A DNA stretch of 64,000 nt from a virus. The position numbers and the translations under genes are program-made. The stretch spans positions 1 through 64,000 of the IMG/VR virus record IMGVR_UViG_3300031221_000001. One strand, 5' to 3'. Under the pieces are notes generated by a model. That model was not told the DNA's origin. It saw only the letters and a list, made by a program, of their open reading frames with translations, and made no database searches. Positions within the stretch are counted from its first letter, which is position 1; each line of letters begins with the position of its first letter. Shown here in pieces: positions 27,336-36,277 of the stretch.

Positions 27336-30332
27336 ATGACTCAGCAGAACATAAGGGATTACAACAACACTCAATATTCAATTGCTGAAGGTGCTGCAAT
27401 CATAAGCGAATTAAACGCTAGAACCTCTCACGCAATTAATGGATACAATAGCATCGCAGAGCTAGGAGTTAAAGTTAAAGCGATTTATGACGACAAGGCA
27501 ATCTCTCCTCTTGCAGTAGTTGAGGGAAGTTATTCTATTCCAACAATAGACCCTTCAAAGACAAAGCTAGTACAAATAGCAGAAGAAATTAGTAATGGTG
27601 CAGACTTTAAATTAGACAAGTCCACTCTAATAATCTTCACTGTAATTTATGGAGATGTAATAGTCAAAGGTACTCTAAGAGGAGTGCTTGAAGGATCTTA
27701 CGGAATTAACGGATCAAGTATTGCATCAACCGACTTAGTGCTATTTTCTGAAGTAACATTGAACAGTACAGGAGTTGATTCTTCAAGCGCAGATAGAATT
27801 GATTTAGGAAACATAGGAACAACTGAAATACACACACATCTAGCTAATCTGTCAGACATGGATGCAATAGATGTTCAGCCACTTGCTCTTGGATTTACAA
27901 TCTTTAAAGCAGTTCAAAACGGAGTTCCTTCACAATGGGTGTATTACGGAAACAGTGGACTAGTAGGAGAAAGCTACTACCAACCGATTCAATCAGATCT
28001 CAAGCCATTAGTGCTTGCTACAGGAACTTTGCCGACATACCAACAAGTAATCGACGCATCGACTATACAACAAGCGCTATTTGCTTCTGGAAACAAGATG
28101 GGTGACGACGGAACTAAGCTCGTGATGATTAGTCAAGACGACAATTCTGTAATCACTGTTCAAAACGGACAAATAACAATCAATAGCGATAAATTAATTC
28201 TTCAAGGATCAGATAGTGATGGATTTACAGGGAGAGTTCTTCGAGTAAATAGTGATGGAGAAGCTGTTTGGGAAGACCTTCTAGGAGAAACTTCTACTAC
28301 AGCATATAGAGGAGATCGAGGAAAATCTGCATACGAGCATAGTGAACTTACTGAAGGAAATCCTCACCAAGTAACGAAAGAAGAGGTAGGATTAGGTAAC
28401 GTAGACAACGTCTCAGACGAGAACAAGCCGATAAGTATATCAGTACAGAGTGCTCTCAATGCATTTCAGACTAAGTTCAAGAACATCAGCAGTCCAGCCA
28501 ACGAAGTTAACATGTCGAATCAAATGATGGACTTGTACAACTGGACAAGTCCTACAGATCAAATCAATTTTAATTTAACCAATCTACAAGCAGGAGGTCG
28601 TGCAGTGATTAGAATTCTAAAAGATACTTTAGGCAATCCTCAAACAGTTACCGTTAACGGATCAGAGAATTTCAGAACATGTTCAAGGCAAAATTGGAAT
28701 GATTCAGAAATAATGGAACTATTCATCTTTGCAACATCAACGACTACATTTGAGTGGTTTTATAATGTAAAGCAAACTTACAATAACGATAGATACTTCA
28801 AAGGACTATACGCTACAGAACAGGCACTAATAGATGCCACGTCAACCATGGACCCTGCACCTAAGACAGGAGACTACGCAAAAGTAGATCAAGGAGCTGG
28901 TAGTGATGTCGTTAAGTATATATGGGACGTGTCAGATTCTCAATGGATAATTGGTGGAGGAACCGGATCAGTAGAAAGTGTAAATAACGTTGCTCCAGAT
29001 CCGAACGGAAATGTAGATACTCCACAATCTGATTGGGATCAAGCAAACACTTCTGAACCTGATTTTATAAAGAATAAGCCAACTCCTTTACAAGGAGATG
29101 ATGGAATTTCAGCCTATCAAGCTTGGCTTAATTTAGGTAACACAGGAACTGAGCAAGACTATTTAGAATCTCTGGTCGGGTCTAAAGGTGACAAGGGAGA
29201 TCAAGGAGATGACGGTCTAAGCTCTTACCAAGTATGGCTTGCAAATGGCAATACAGGCACTGTCCAAGATTACTTGGACTCTCTAGTAGGTGCTGACGGT
29301 GCTGATGGTAACGATGGTGCAACTGGTCCACAAGGGATTCAAGGTGATGATGGAGAACAAGGTACTGGATTAAATATTGTTGGAAGTTTAAATAACGAAA
29401 CAGAATTACCTTCAACTGGAACTTTGGGAGAGGCTTATTTGATAAGTGGTGATATTTGGGTATGGGATGGAACAAGCTATATAAATGCGGGTAATATTCA
29501 AGGTGCTCAAGGTGAAACTGGGCCACAAGGAGATCCGGGAGCCGACGGAGCCGACGGAGCTGATGGTGCCGACGGTGCCACTGGTCCGCAAGGACAAGTG
29601 GGAGATCCGGGTGCTGATGGAGCTCAAGGAGATCCAGGCCCACAAGGTGCTGACGGAGCAACTGGAGCAACTGGACCACAAGGACCTATAGGTAACGATG
29701 GACCTACTGGTCCACAAGGTATTCAAGGTGTAAAAGGAGATGACGGTCTAACCTCTTACCAAGTATGGCTTGCAGATGGTAATGAAGCATTAAAGCTAGA
29801 AGATTATTACGAGTTCATTAGTGGCCAAGATGCTATAGCTTATATATCTAAGTGGAATCCCACAACCAATGTGCCTTCGCTTACAGATGGAAATGCATCC
29901 AAGGCTAGGAATGCATATAGATGTACCAATAACTTTACCCGTTTTAGCATAGATTGGAAAATCGGGGATTATTTACTCTATGATGATAATGGAGATATAT
30001 TTCGCGAACCAAACCCAGATGTTAACCAGTATCTAGAAACTAAAACAGCGGTAACTAGTTATTTATTTGAAGAAAATAACAAGTCGGTAGCCCCTATGTT
30101 CACAGCCTCTACTGCGGTGAGTGCAGTGGTAAAGCTAGATATACCTGTAGGCACTCTTTTTTTGCTTAGTCCGTGGGGAGAAGGAGAAGTTACCATTACT
30201 GGAGAAACTGGTGTAACCTTAAGATTTCCAGAAGATGAACTTCCTATCATAGCTTCTAGATATAGCTGGATTCAACTCAAGGTAGTAGATATTAATGAAG
30301 TGGCCATAATCGGCAGACTAAAACCAGCATAA
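27336..30332 (+). CDS. collagen-like fibre protein
   Basis: NPHQVTKEEVGLGNVDN fibre repeat, GETSTTAYRGDRG, three DG(I/L)S(A/S)YQ.WL-type repeats, long Gly-X-Y runs. Confidence 0.88.
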   Translation: MTQQNIRDYNNTQYSIAEGAAIISELNARTSHAINGYNSIAELGVKVKAIYDDKAISPLAVVEGSYSIPTIDPSKTKLVQIAEEISNGADFKLDKSTLIIFTVIYGDVIVKGTLRGVLEGSYGINGSSIASTDLVLFSEVTLNSTGVDSSSADRIDLGNIGTTEIHTHLANLSDMDAIDVQPLALGFTIFKAVQNGVPSQWVYYGNSGLVGESYYQPIQSDLKPLVLATGTLPTYQQVIDASTIQQALFASGNKMGDDGTKLVMISQDDNSVITVQNGQITINSDKLILQGSDSDGFTGRVLRVNSDGEAVWEDLLGETSTTAYRGDRGKSAYEHSELTEGNPHQVTKEEVGLGNVDNVSDENKPISISVQSALNAFQTKFKNISSPANEVNMSNQMMDLYNWTSPTDQINFNLTNLQAGGRAVIRILKDTLGNPQTVTVNGSENFRTCSRQNWNDSEIMELFIFATSTTTFEWFYNVKQTYNNDRYFKGLYATEQALIDATSTMDPAPKTGDYAKVDQGAGSDVVKYIWDVSDSQWIIGGGTGSVESVNNVAPDPNGNVDTPQSDWDQANTSEPDFIKNKPTPLQGDDGISAYQAWLNLGNTGTEQDYLESLVGSKGDKGDQGDDGLSSYQVWLANGNTGTVQDYLDSLVGADGADGNDGATGPQGIQGDDGEQGTGLNIVGSLNNETELPSTGTLGEAYLISGDIWVWDGTSYINAGNIQGAQGETGPQGDPGADGADGADGADGATGPQGQVGDPGADGAQGDPGPQGADGATGATGPQGPIGNDGPTGPQGIQGVKGDDGLTSYQVWLADGNEALKLEDYYEFISGQDAIAYISKWNPTTNVPSLTDGNASKARNAYRCTNNFTRFSIDWKIGDYLLYDDNGDIFREPNPDVNQYLETKTAVTSYLFEENNKSVAPMFTASTAVSAVVKLDIPVGTLFLLSPWGEGEVTITGETGVTLRFPEDELPIIASRYSWIQLKVVDINEVAIIGRLKPA

Positions 30333-31225
30333 TGACAGGAATACTAGCATCTAGTCGAGTTAGGAGGTCAACAAGAAATCTATTGTTGATTACAACTAGC
30401 ACGAGTTCATCTTGGAAAATAAATTCAGCTCTTTTTAATCATAATGTTGATTATCAATATGTAGATAATACAAATGGAAACGTTTTATATTCTGGTAGTG
30501 CTGCAGATTTAGGTTTTGAAGTTGATCTTAGTATAGGTAATGGAGATACTTCTTTATTTATTTTAGATAGAGAATTAGGTTACGATATTGATGAATTAGA
30601 TTTGAGAGTTTTACTTCTTAATGCTATTAATGTAAATTTTTTACCTTCTTTATTATCTTTAAATATTGATACTAACAATGTTACAGTTTTAGATATTACA
30701 AAAAATACAAATTTAACAGGTTTAAGATTTGAAAGTAATGATATTTCAATATTAGACGTTACACAACATATAAATTTGACAGATTTATTAATTGCTCGTA
30801 ACAACATTTCAGTATTGGATGTTACACAAAATATAAATTTGACAGGTTTAAGTTGTTTTAGTAATAACATTTCAGTATTGGATGTTACACAAAATACAAA
30901 TTTGACAGCTTTAGATTGTGGTGATAACCCTTTTTCAGTTTTAGATTTAAGTCAAAATACAGCTTTAAGTTTTTTAGTAAATAGTCTCGGCAATATTTCA
31001 GTTTTAGATTTAAGTCAAAATACAGCTTTAAGTTTTTTTAAATGTATAGGAAATACGTTAACATCTTTAAATTTTAAAAATGGAAACAACACAAACATAT
31101 TAACTTTTAACATAACAAACAACCCAGATCTAGAATGTGTGTTAGTTGATGACGTAGCTTATGCAAATGAAAATTTTACAAGCAAAGATGCTCATACCAA
31201 TTACAGCGATACCACTTGCCCTTAA
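30332..31225 (+). CDS. leucine-rich-repeat protein
   Basis: Tandem 21-aa N.ISVLDVTQNTNLT.L.C repeats; very AT-rich. Confidence 0.85.
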   Translation: MTGILASSRVRRSTRNLLLITTSTSSSWKINSALFNHNVDYQYVDNTNGNVLYSGSAADLGFEVDLSIGNGDTSLFILDRELGYDIDELDLRVLLLNAINVNFLPSLLSLNIDTNNVTVLDITKNTNLTGLRFESNDISILDVTQHINLTDLLIARNNISVLDVTQNINLTGLSCFSNNISVLDVTQNTNLTALDCGDNPFSVLDLSQNTALSFLVNSLGNISVLDLSQNTALSFFKCIGNTLTSLNFKNGNNTNILTFNITNNPDLECVLVDDVAYANENFTSKDAHTNYSDTTCP

Positions 31226-31265
31226 AATAAATAATAATAACAAGTAAATAAATAAATAAAAAATT

Positions 31266-31556
31266 ATGAAACCAAATGCAATAGCAAGTCCAGACGTTTT
31301 TCATCAAGCGACAACAGGACAATACGGAATAGTCAAACTTATAACTGATGATGTTAGTGCTGATAAAGTAGATGATTCTAAAGTTAATTTTGCCTTCATT
31401 AAATCTGAAGAAGACAACAGCTCTTTTGCTTGTAAGCTAAGGAGAGATTATGACGATGTGTTTACTTGGAACTTAGACAAAGGCGATGTAATACCTGGTC
31501 CTTTTTATGAAATCACAAAGGTCGTTGGCATCTTGGCTTGCTATCCTACAAAATAA
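31266..31556 (+). CDS. hypothetical protein, probably virion-associated
   Basis: ORF in the fibre module. Confidence 0.55.
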   Translation: MKPNAIASPDVFHQATTGQYGIVKLITDDVSADKVDDSKVNFAFIKSEEDNSSFACKLRRDYDDVFTWNLDKGDVIPGPFYEITKVVGILACYPTK

Positions 31557-31562
31557 ATTATT

Positions 31563-31721
31563 ATGAAATTAGGAATGGGTTTAGGACTACATAAGCACAG
31601 GTTTAGAGGTGTTGGTGGAGATAGAACTCCCCCTAACAAAATGACTATTGAAAGTGTTGAGCTTACTAATGACACAACACCTCCTAATAAGATGACTATT
31701 GAATCTGTAGAATTAACTTAA
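31563..31721 (+). CDS. 52-aa protein with internal duplication (not in the ORF track)
   Basis: MKLGMGLGL..., D(R/T)TPPNKMTIESVELT x2 with synonymous divergence. Confidence 0.65.
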   Translation: MKLGMGLGLHKHRFRGVGGDRTPPNKMTIESVELTNDTTPPNKMTIESVELT

Positions 31722-31732
31722 AAATAAATAAT

Positions 31733-32755
31733 ATGGTATTAAAAATAATAGCAAATTTAAACGGAGGTGACTTAGTTACTCTTGATAATGAACTAACATA
31801 TAAAATATATGGTTCTGCTGATAACTATGCTTCACCAATAGCTACTTTAGGTAGTGCTATTAATGATAGTAAAGTAAGCGTTGCAAATGGAATTGTAACT
31901 ATTGATAATGTTAACGTAGGAACTGAAGATGTTTTTAAAATATCTTCTGTTGATGAGGCTGGAAATGAAGCTGAATTAAGTGATGCGATTTATAATATTG
32001 ACCCACAAGCACAGGCACAAATAACACGTATTCAAAACGCTGGTGGTACTATTGAAGATGCTAATATAATTGATGCAGACATTAAATTTCTGAAATCAAT
32101 AGGATTATTTGCAAATTTAAAATATGCAGTAGACCCTCGTGCTGGTATTATACAAAGAGTAGATGGTTCTGATATTTTTGCATCTAAGATATTTGATTAC
32201 AGTGGTAGTGATGCAGATACAGCAAATGCTACAGGTTCAGAACAACCAAAAAAAGGTGTTCTAAACGGTGTTACTTCATTAGATTTTGATGGAGTAAACG
32301 ACAGGCTTACAAATACAAATACCGTTAGTTTCCTTGCAGGTGAAGAAATGTTTTCTGTTGCTGTTTATGCACAGGATTTTGATAGTTCAGAAAAATACGG
32401 TTCTATAATAGACAAATTCAGCCTAAATGAGAGTGGAAAAGAATTTGCAAAATCAAGAGATGATATAGGAATTTTCGGAAATAGAATACCATACACTCCT
32501 TATCAAAACGTACAAATAATAGCTAGTGGTACAGTTGACACAAATAATTTGTCAACAGGTTTTATTAATGGTTCTCAAATCGGACAAAAAACTGAAGTAG
32601 CTAATGCTGTAGGTAAAAGATTAGGAGTTAATAGAAATGACTCATTTTATGCAAAAGCAAAATTTCAAAAGAATTGGGATTTTAACAAACTTCCTACAGA
32701 ATCACAGGCTGCTGCAATTAATACTTATTTAACCAATCAATTTAATATTTCTTAA
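31733..32755 (+). CDS. putative adhesin (Ig/FN3-like plus LamG/ConA-like domain)
   Basis: SSVDEAGNE, SEQP...LDFDGVNDRL, AINTYL..QFNI. Confidence 0.6.
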   Translation: MVLKIIANLNGGDLVTLDNELTYKIYGSADNYASPIATLGSAINDSKVSVANGIVTIDNVNVGTEDVFKISSVDEAGNEAELSDAIYNIDPQAQAQITRIQNAGGTIEDANIIDADIKFLKSIGLFANLKYAVDPRAGIIQRVDGSDIFASKIFDYSGSDADTANATGSEQPKKGVLNGVTSLDFDGVNDRLTNTNTVSFLAGEEMFSVAVYAQDFDSSEKYGSIIDKFSLNESGKEFAKSRDDIGIFGNRIPYTPYQNVQIIASGTVDTNNLSTGFINGSQIGQKTEVANAVGKRLGVNRNDSFYAKAKFQKNWDFNKLPTESQAAAINTYLTNQFNIS

Positions 32756-32757
32756 TT

Positions 32758-32961
32758 ATGTATTATAAAGGAACTAAATCGCAATGTGAAGATTATAACT
32801 TAGAGGTTTATAATGGCACAGAAAGCATGAAGCAAGACCCCTTTACAACCTCTTACGCTTCAATTCAAGAAATAGAAGGACAGTTTTATATTTTGAAGCA
32901 TAAAGATTTTGAAAGTAATATGGATGAAGTTAGTCAAGTCCCAAAAAAAACAGAAATATGA
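32758..32961 (+). CDS. small protein, possible fibre chaperone
   Basis: Position after the adhesin. Confidence 0.5.
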   Translation: MYYKGTKSQCEDYNLEVYNGTESMKQDPFTTSYASIQEIEGQFYILKHKDFESNMDEVSQVPKKTEI

Positions 32962-33236
32962 AAAAATTTAAAGATTACCTAAAAAGAACACGCCACCACC
33001 TTCACGCTATTGTAGGCATAGCGGGCGGATTCCTAGCCTCTTTGTCACTTTCATGGGTTTGGCTAGGTTTTAGGAATTTAGAGGCTTTAGACAAGGCTAT
33101 GTGGTTTCTCGCACCAGCTTTTATTATAGGTTTGATTTGGGAATGGAAACAGGGAAAAATTAATAAGTGGGATATTTTTGTGAGTGGTATAGCGATTTCT
33201 ACAGGAGTATATTTAGGGGGAATTGTATTTAACTGA
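32958..33236 (+). CDS. three-TM membrane protein
   Basis: HLH...IGLIWEWKQ...DI pattern; hydrophobic. Confidence 0.6.
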   Translation: MKKFKDYLKRTRHHLHAIVGIAGGFLASLSLSWVWLGFRNLEALDKAMWFLAPAFIIGLIWEWKQGKINKWDIFVSGIAISTGVYLGGIVFN

Positions 33237-33273
33237 ATTGTAAAACATTTATTACAATAAATAAATATAAATT

Positions 33274-33615
33274 ATGAAGTTTTTTGACAAGATTATTAAA
33301 GAGAGATGGCACTTACACATTATTGTAGGGGAAGGTTTTGGATTTCTTCTATTTGTAGCATTTAGTTTGTTAGGATTTTATGATTCTACGAGATGGTGGG
33401 AAGAGATGGTTATTCAATTAGTTTTTGGAACTGTGTTTGGCTTGGCTTTTGAAATTATCCAGGACCACACTTCGGCGGTTTATTACAAGAAACTGGAGAT
33501 ACTCTACAAATTACAAATTTTCTCAAGAAATAAAATCGTAGAGAGCAAAGCAGATGCTTTCGCCACAGGCATTGGTTTTGCGGTCATTATTCCACTTATT
33601 TACATTTTTATTTAA
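33274..33615 (+). CDS. three-TM membrane protein (paralogue-like of 32958)
   Basis: RWHLHIIVG...GLAFEIIQ...DA.ATG pattern. Confidence 0.6.
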   Translation: MKFFDKIIKERWHLHIIVGEGFGFLLFVAFSLLGFYDSTRWWEEMVIQLVFGTVFGLAFEIIQDHTSAVYYKKLEILYKLQIFSRNKIVESKADAFATGIGFAVIIPLIYIFI

Positions 33616-33744
33616 TTTTATGAGTATATTGCTACATAAGAGTCGTAATGAAGGCGAAAGTCACTAATATAAACACTACATAGCCATTCGTCGGTAGGCA
33701 ATGTAGTGTAAATGTATAATCGACAAAACCAAAATTAAAATCAA

Positions 33745-34143
33745 ATGAGTAAAGAAGACAGTAAAAAAGTAGAAGTAGAGATCAAGAATCTCTCAGAAGT
33801 GGAATTGAATGCGCACGAGTCAGGAAGAATTATCGTAACAGAGACTGAAGACGGTCAGGTAACGATTTCAGCAAAGACTAAAGGAGCGGTGAATGTAACG
33901 TATTTAGTTGGATTACTGGAGGTAGCTAAAAACGACATCCTCAATCGTCAAGAAGGAGACGAACATCAGCAAGAGACTGTTGATGTCGTTCTTGAAGAAA
34001 TCGACTTTGAGATGGATGTCCAAGGACAACTAAAATCTCAAGGAAAGAAAGTAGGAGACACAATTCAGATGCCAGAGCAAATCGCTGAACTTAGGAACAC
34101 AGCCAAATTACAGTTTGAAAAAAGTAAGAAGGTTAACAAATAG
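33745..34143 (+). CDS. acidic hypothetical protein
   Basis: ORF with A-rich leader. Confidence 0.6.
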   Translation: MSKEDSKKVEVEIKNLSEVELNAHESGRIIVTETEDGQVTISAKTKGAVNVTYLVGLLEVAKNDILNRQEGDEHQQETVDVVLEEIDFEMDVQGQLKSQGKKVGDTIQMPEQIAELRNTAKLQFEKSKKVNK

Positions 34144-34162
34144 TAAAATCACGACAACAATT

Positions 34163-34197
34163 AAAAGTCCTACAGATTAACGTTTGTAGGACTTTTT
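34163..34197 (+). terminator. intrinsic terminator
   Basis: AAAAGTCCTACAGA / TTTGTAGGACTTTT. Confidence 0.85.
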
Positions 34198-34198
34198 G

Positions 34199-34229
34199 TT
34201 GCATTAAACATATTGTTTAGTTATCTTTA
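34199..34229 (+). promoter_or_regulatory. promoter TTG-N20-TATCTTTA
   Basis: Motif copy (AAACATA-N9-TATCTTT). Confidence 0.65.
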
Positions 34230-34250
34230 GTAAATATTAAATCTAATGAT

Positions 34251-34682
34251 ATGGACAATAAGTATCGAGTACTAAAGGCATTGCAGAAGATAGAGCAATT
34301 ACCACAAGACATACCTTCAGAAAAAGGATTGTCACAGATATTCAAAGATCACGACTGTAAAAATTATGTGCGCTTAGCTAAGTATCTGGTGAACAATAAA
34401 TATCTTGAAAGAAAAGGATCTCCTAAAACTAAATACGTTTACACTTGGAGATGTAGTCACAGACCGAACATAAAGATGGTTGAGTTAATAATCAAAGGAG
34501 TTAGTAAAGTCAATAAAATCCAGAATCGACAGTACAATAAGTCGTCCAGAGCAAGTAGGCACCTATCGCCTAGCCAAGATTTTAGAATACAGATAGACCA
34601 ACAAATCGATAAAGTTCAAAAAGAAATTGACGAAAGAAGATTAATTTTACAGGCATTAAATACATTAAGATCAGAACTATGA
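34251..34682 (+). CDS. basic protein, possible winged-helix plus coiled coil
   Basis: Composition and C-terminal heptads. Confidence 0.5.
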   Translation: MDNKYRVLKALQKIEQLPQDIPSEKGLSQIFKDHDCKNYVRLAKYLVNNKYLERKGSPKTKYVYTWRCSHRPNIKMVELIIKGVSKVNKIQNRQYNKSSRASRHLSPSQDFRIQIDQQIDKVQKEIDERRLILQALNTLRSEL

Positions 34683-34990
34683 GAGAGCTAGAAAAACACA
34701 ACCCTGACAGTCACAAACAGATCAAGCAGGCAGAAATTAAGAAACAGCACAACCTACTAGGGTCATTCAAAAAAATTAGAGGACTAACACTGTTTCAAAT
34801 GGATGTTACTACAGGAAAGATCTCCAAAGCAAAATTTGAACAACGGACCGTAGAATATGTTGGACAAAAAAAGCGAAACAAACTGATAGCAGAAGAGAAC
34901 TGTCTGTATGTTCAAGCGTTGAATTTTAAGAACGCTAAAAAGAAGTTTACTAAGAAAGTTAAACAGCTAATAGCACAAAAACATGACTAA
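34679..34990 (+). CDS. basic hypothetical protein
   Basis: Coupled ORF. Confidence 0.6.
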   Translation: MRELEKHNPDSHKQIKQAEIKKQHNLLGSFKKIRGLTLFQMDVTTGKISKAKFEQRTVEYVGQKKRNKLIAEENCLYVQALNFKNAKKKFTKKVKQLIAQKHD

Positions 34991-35369
34991 ATTACACGCA
35001 ATCGCCTTTGATCGGTATAAGAGTGAGCAGACTACTGAAGGAGTGATTTATAACATAGTGGATCAAGAGCACAACGTAATTGTCCAGTACTTTGTGTCGC
35101 ATAAAGAATACACACTCCACGACATGTATATAGAGAATCAATCTAGAGCACCAAGTAGTATGAAAAGAGCCTTGCAAAATTATCTCGATGATAGGTACGG
35201 TAAAGATTTGTGGAAGATCAAAACAGTATTTACAGGAATGATGGTCAAGAGGAGTCAGAGGTTGAGGCAAATAACGTTCAATCGAGATTCGATAAGGCTA
35301 GTGTACAACATGACAGACAAGCAAGTAGAGACAGGTAAGGCGAATCAAAACTCACAAAACGGTTTTTAG
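34983..35369 (+). CDS. hypothetical protein
   Basis: Overlapping ORF. Confidence 0.55.
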   Translation: MTKLHAIAFDRYKSEQTTEGVIYNIVDQEHNVIVQYFVSHKEYTLHDMYIENQSRAPSSMKRALQNYLDDRYGKDLWKIKTVFTGMMVKRSQRLRQITFNRDSIRLVYNMTDKQVETGKANQNSQNGF

Positions 35370-35416
35370 TTAACGATTAATTGGTGAGCTTTAGAAAAAT
35401 TATACACAACAATCTC

Positions 35417-35959
35417 ATGGAAGACATTTCACAACACATAAAGGATAGACAGAACTTAATTAGAAACAACATTGGAGATAGTATTTCTAAAGGATCCTTT
35501 TCAGACGAATTTAGATATAACAGTAATGCAATTCCAATATCTAAGACAGGGAAAGAAATCAAAGTCAAGCTAGAAGACGTTAAGCGAGGTTCAATAAATC
35601 GTTGCAACGATTTAGCGAATGAAATGAAAGATCTATTAGCCAAGTGCTCAACTGTGCCAACAGAAGAACCTTCTACATACGAGTTTCAAAAAATGAAAAG
35701 CAAGTTCGATGTCATCCCTAAAATGTTTTCATTCAAACACGAAGAGATGAATGTGTCAGAAGGATCAATGGATCAGCCAAAACAAATGTCTTCTGAAGAA
35801 AAGGCTCAAAGAGAGTGCTGTCACATGTACAACGAAAAGGTATACAGCTACATTAATGCAAAAATTGATGCCTATGTAATTGATATAATGATTGACGGAC
35901 TTAAAGATAGTCGCAACTACGACTTAACAATAACACAAGCAACTCATTTAGGATTTTAA
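35417..35959 (+). CDS. putative head-associated protein
   Basis: MEDISQHIKDRQNLI...ISKG leader; upstream of the portal. Confidence 0.55.
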   Translation: MEDISQHIKDRQNLIRNNIGDSISKGSFSDEFRYNSNAIPISKTGKEIKVKLEDVKRGSINRCNDLANEMKDLLAKCSTVPTEEPSTYEFQKMKSKFDVIPKMFSFKHEEMNVSEGSMDQPKQMSSEEKAQRECCHMYNEKVYSYINAKIDAYVIDIMIDGLKDSRNYDLTITQATHLGF

Positions 35960-35961
35960 TT

Positions 35962-36267
35962 ATGGAGCACAAGATAAGAGAACATGCACAAGCAAAAGAA
36001 AACAACATTCACAGTCTATTGAAGAAGTCAATAGATCAATCAATGACTGAGCAGGAATTTACTGAAAAGTACGGATCAGGATATGAAGTATTTGCAAAAT
36101 CTGACATTGCACAATTTGTACACGATGCAGTAGATACAGAAGACATGTCTTTCGAAGATGCCGTGACTGAAGTTAAGACCTTAAATCCTGTATTGATCAA
36201 AGCAAACGGAATCGATGAACTTTCTACTCGATATGTTAGAAAAATTGAAGAAGAGAACCAACAATAA
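35962..36267 (+). CDS. putative head-associated protein
   Basis: LKKS/FAKS/LIKA sites; adjacent to the portal. Confidence 0.55.
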   Translation: MEHKIREHAQAKENNIHSLLKKSIDQSMTEQEFTEKYGSGYEVFAKSDIAQFVHDAVDTEDMSFEDAVTEVKTLNPVLIKANGIDELSTRYVRKIEEENQQ

Positions 36268-36277
36268 ACGAAGCTAA

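Noticed and set aside
27336-32755. Diversity-generating retroelement acting on the fibre genes
   Set aside because: No reverse transcriptase and no template/variable repeat pair differing at adenines; the repeats here are collagen and LRR coding repeats.
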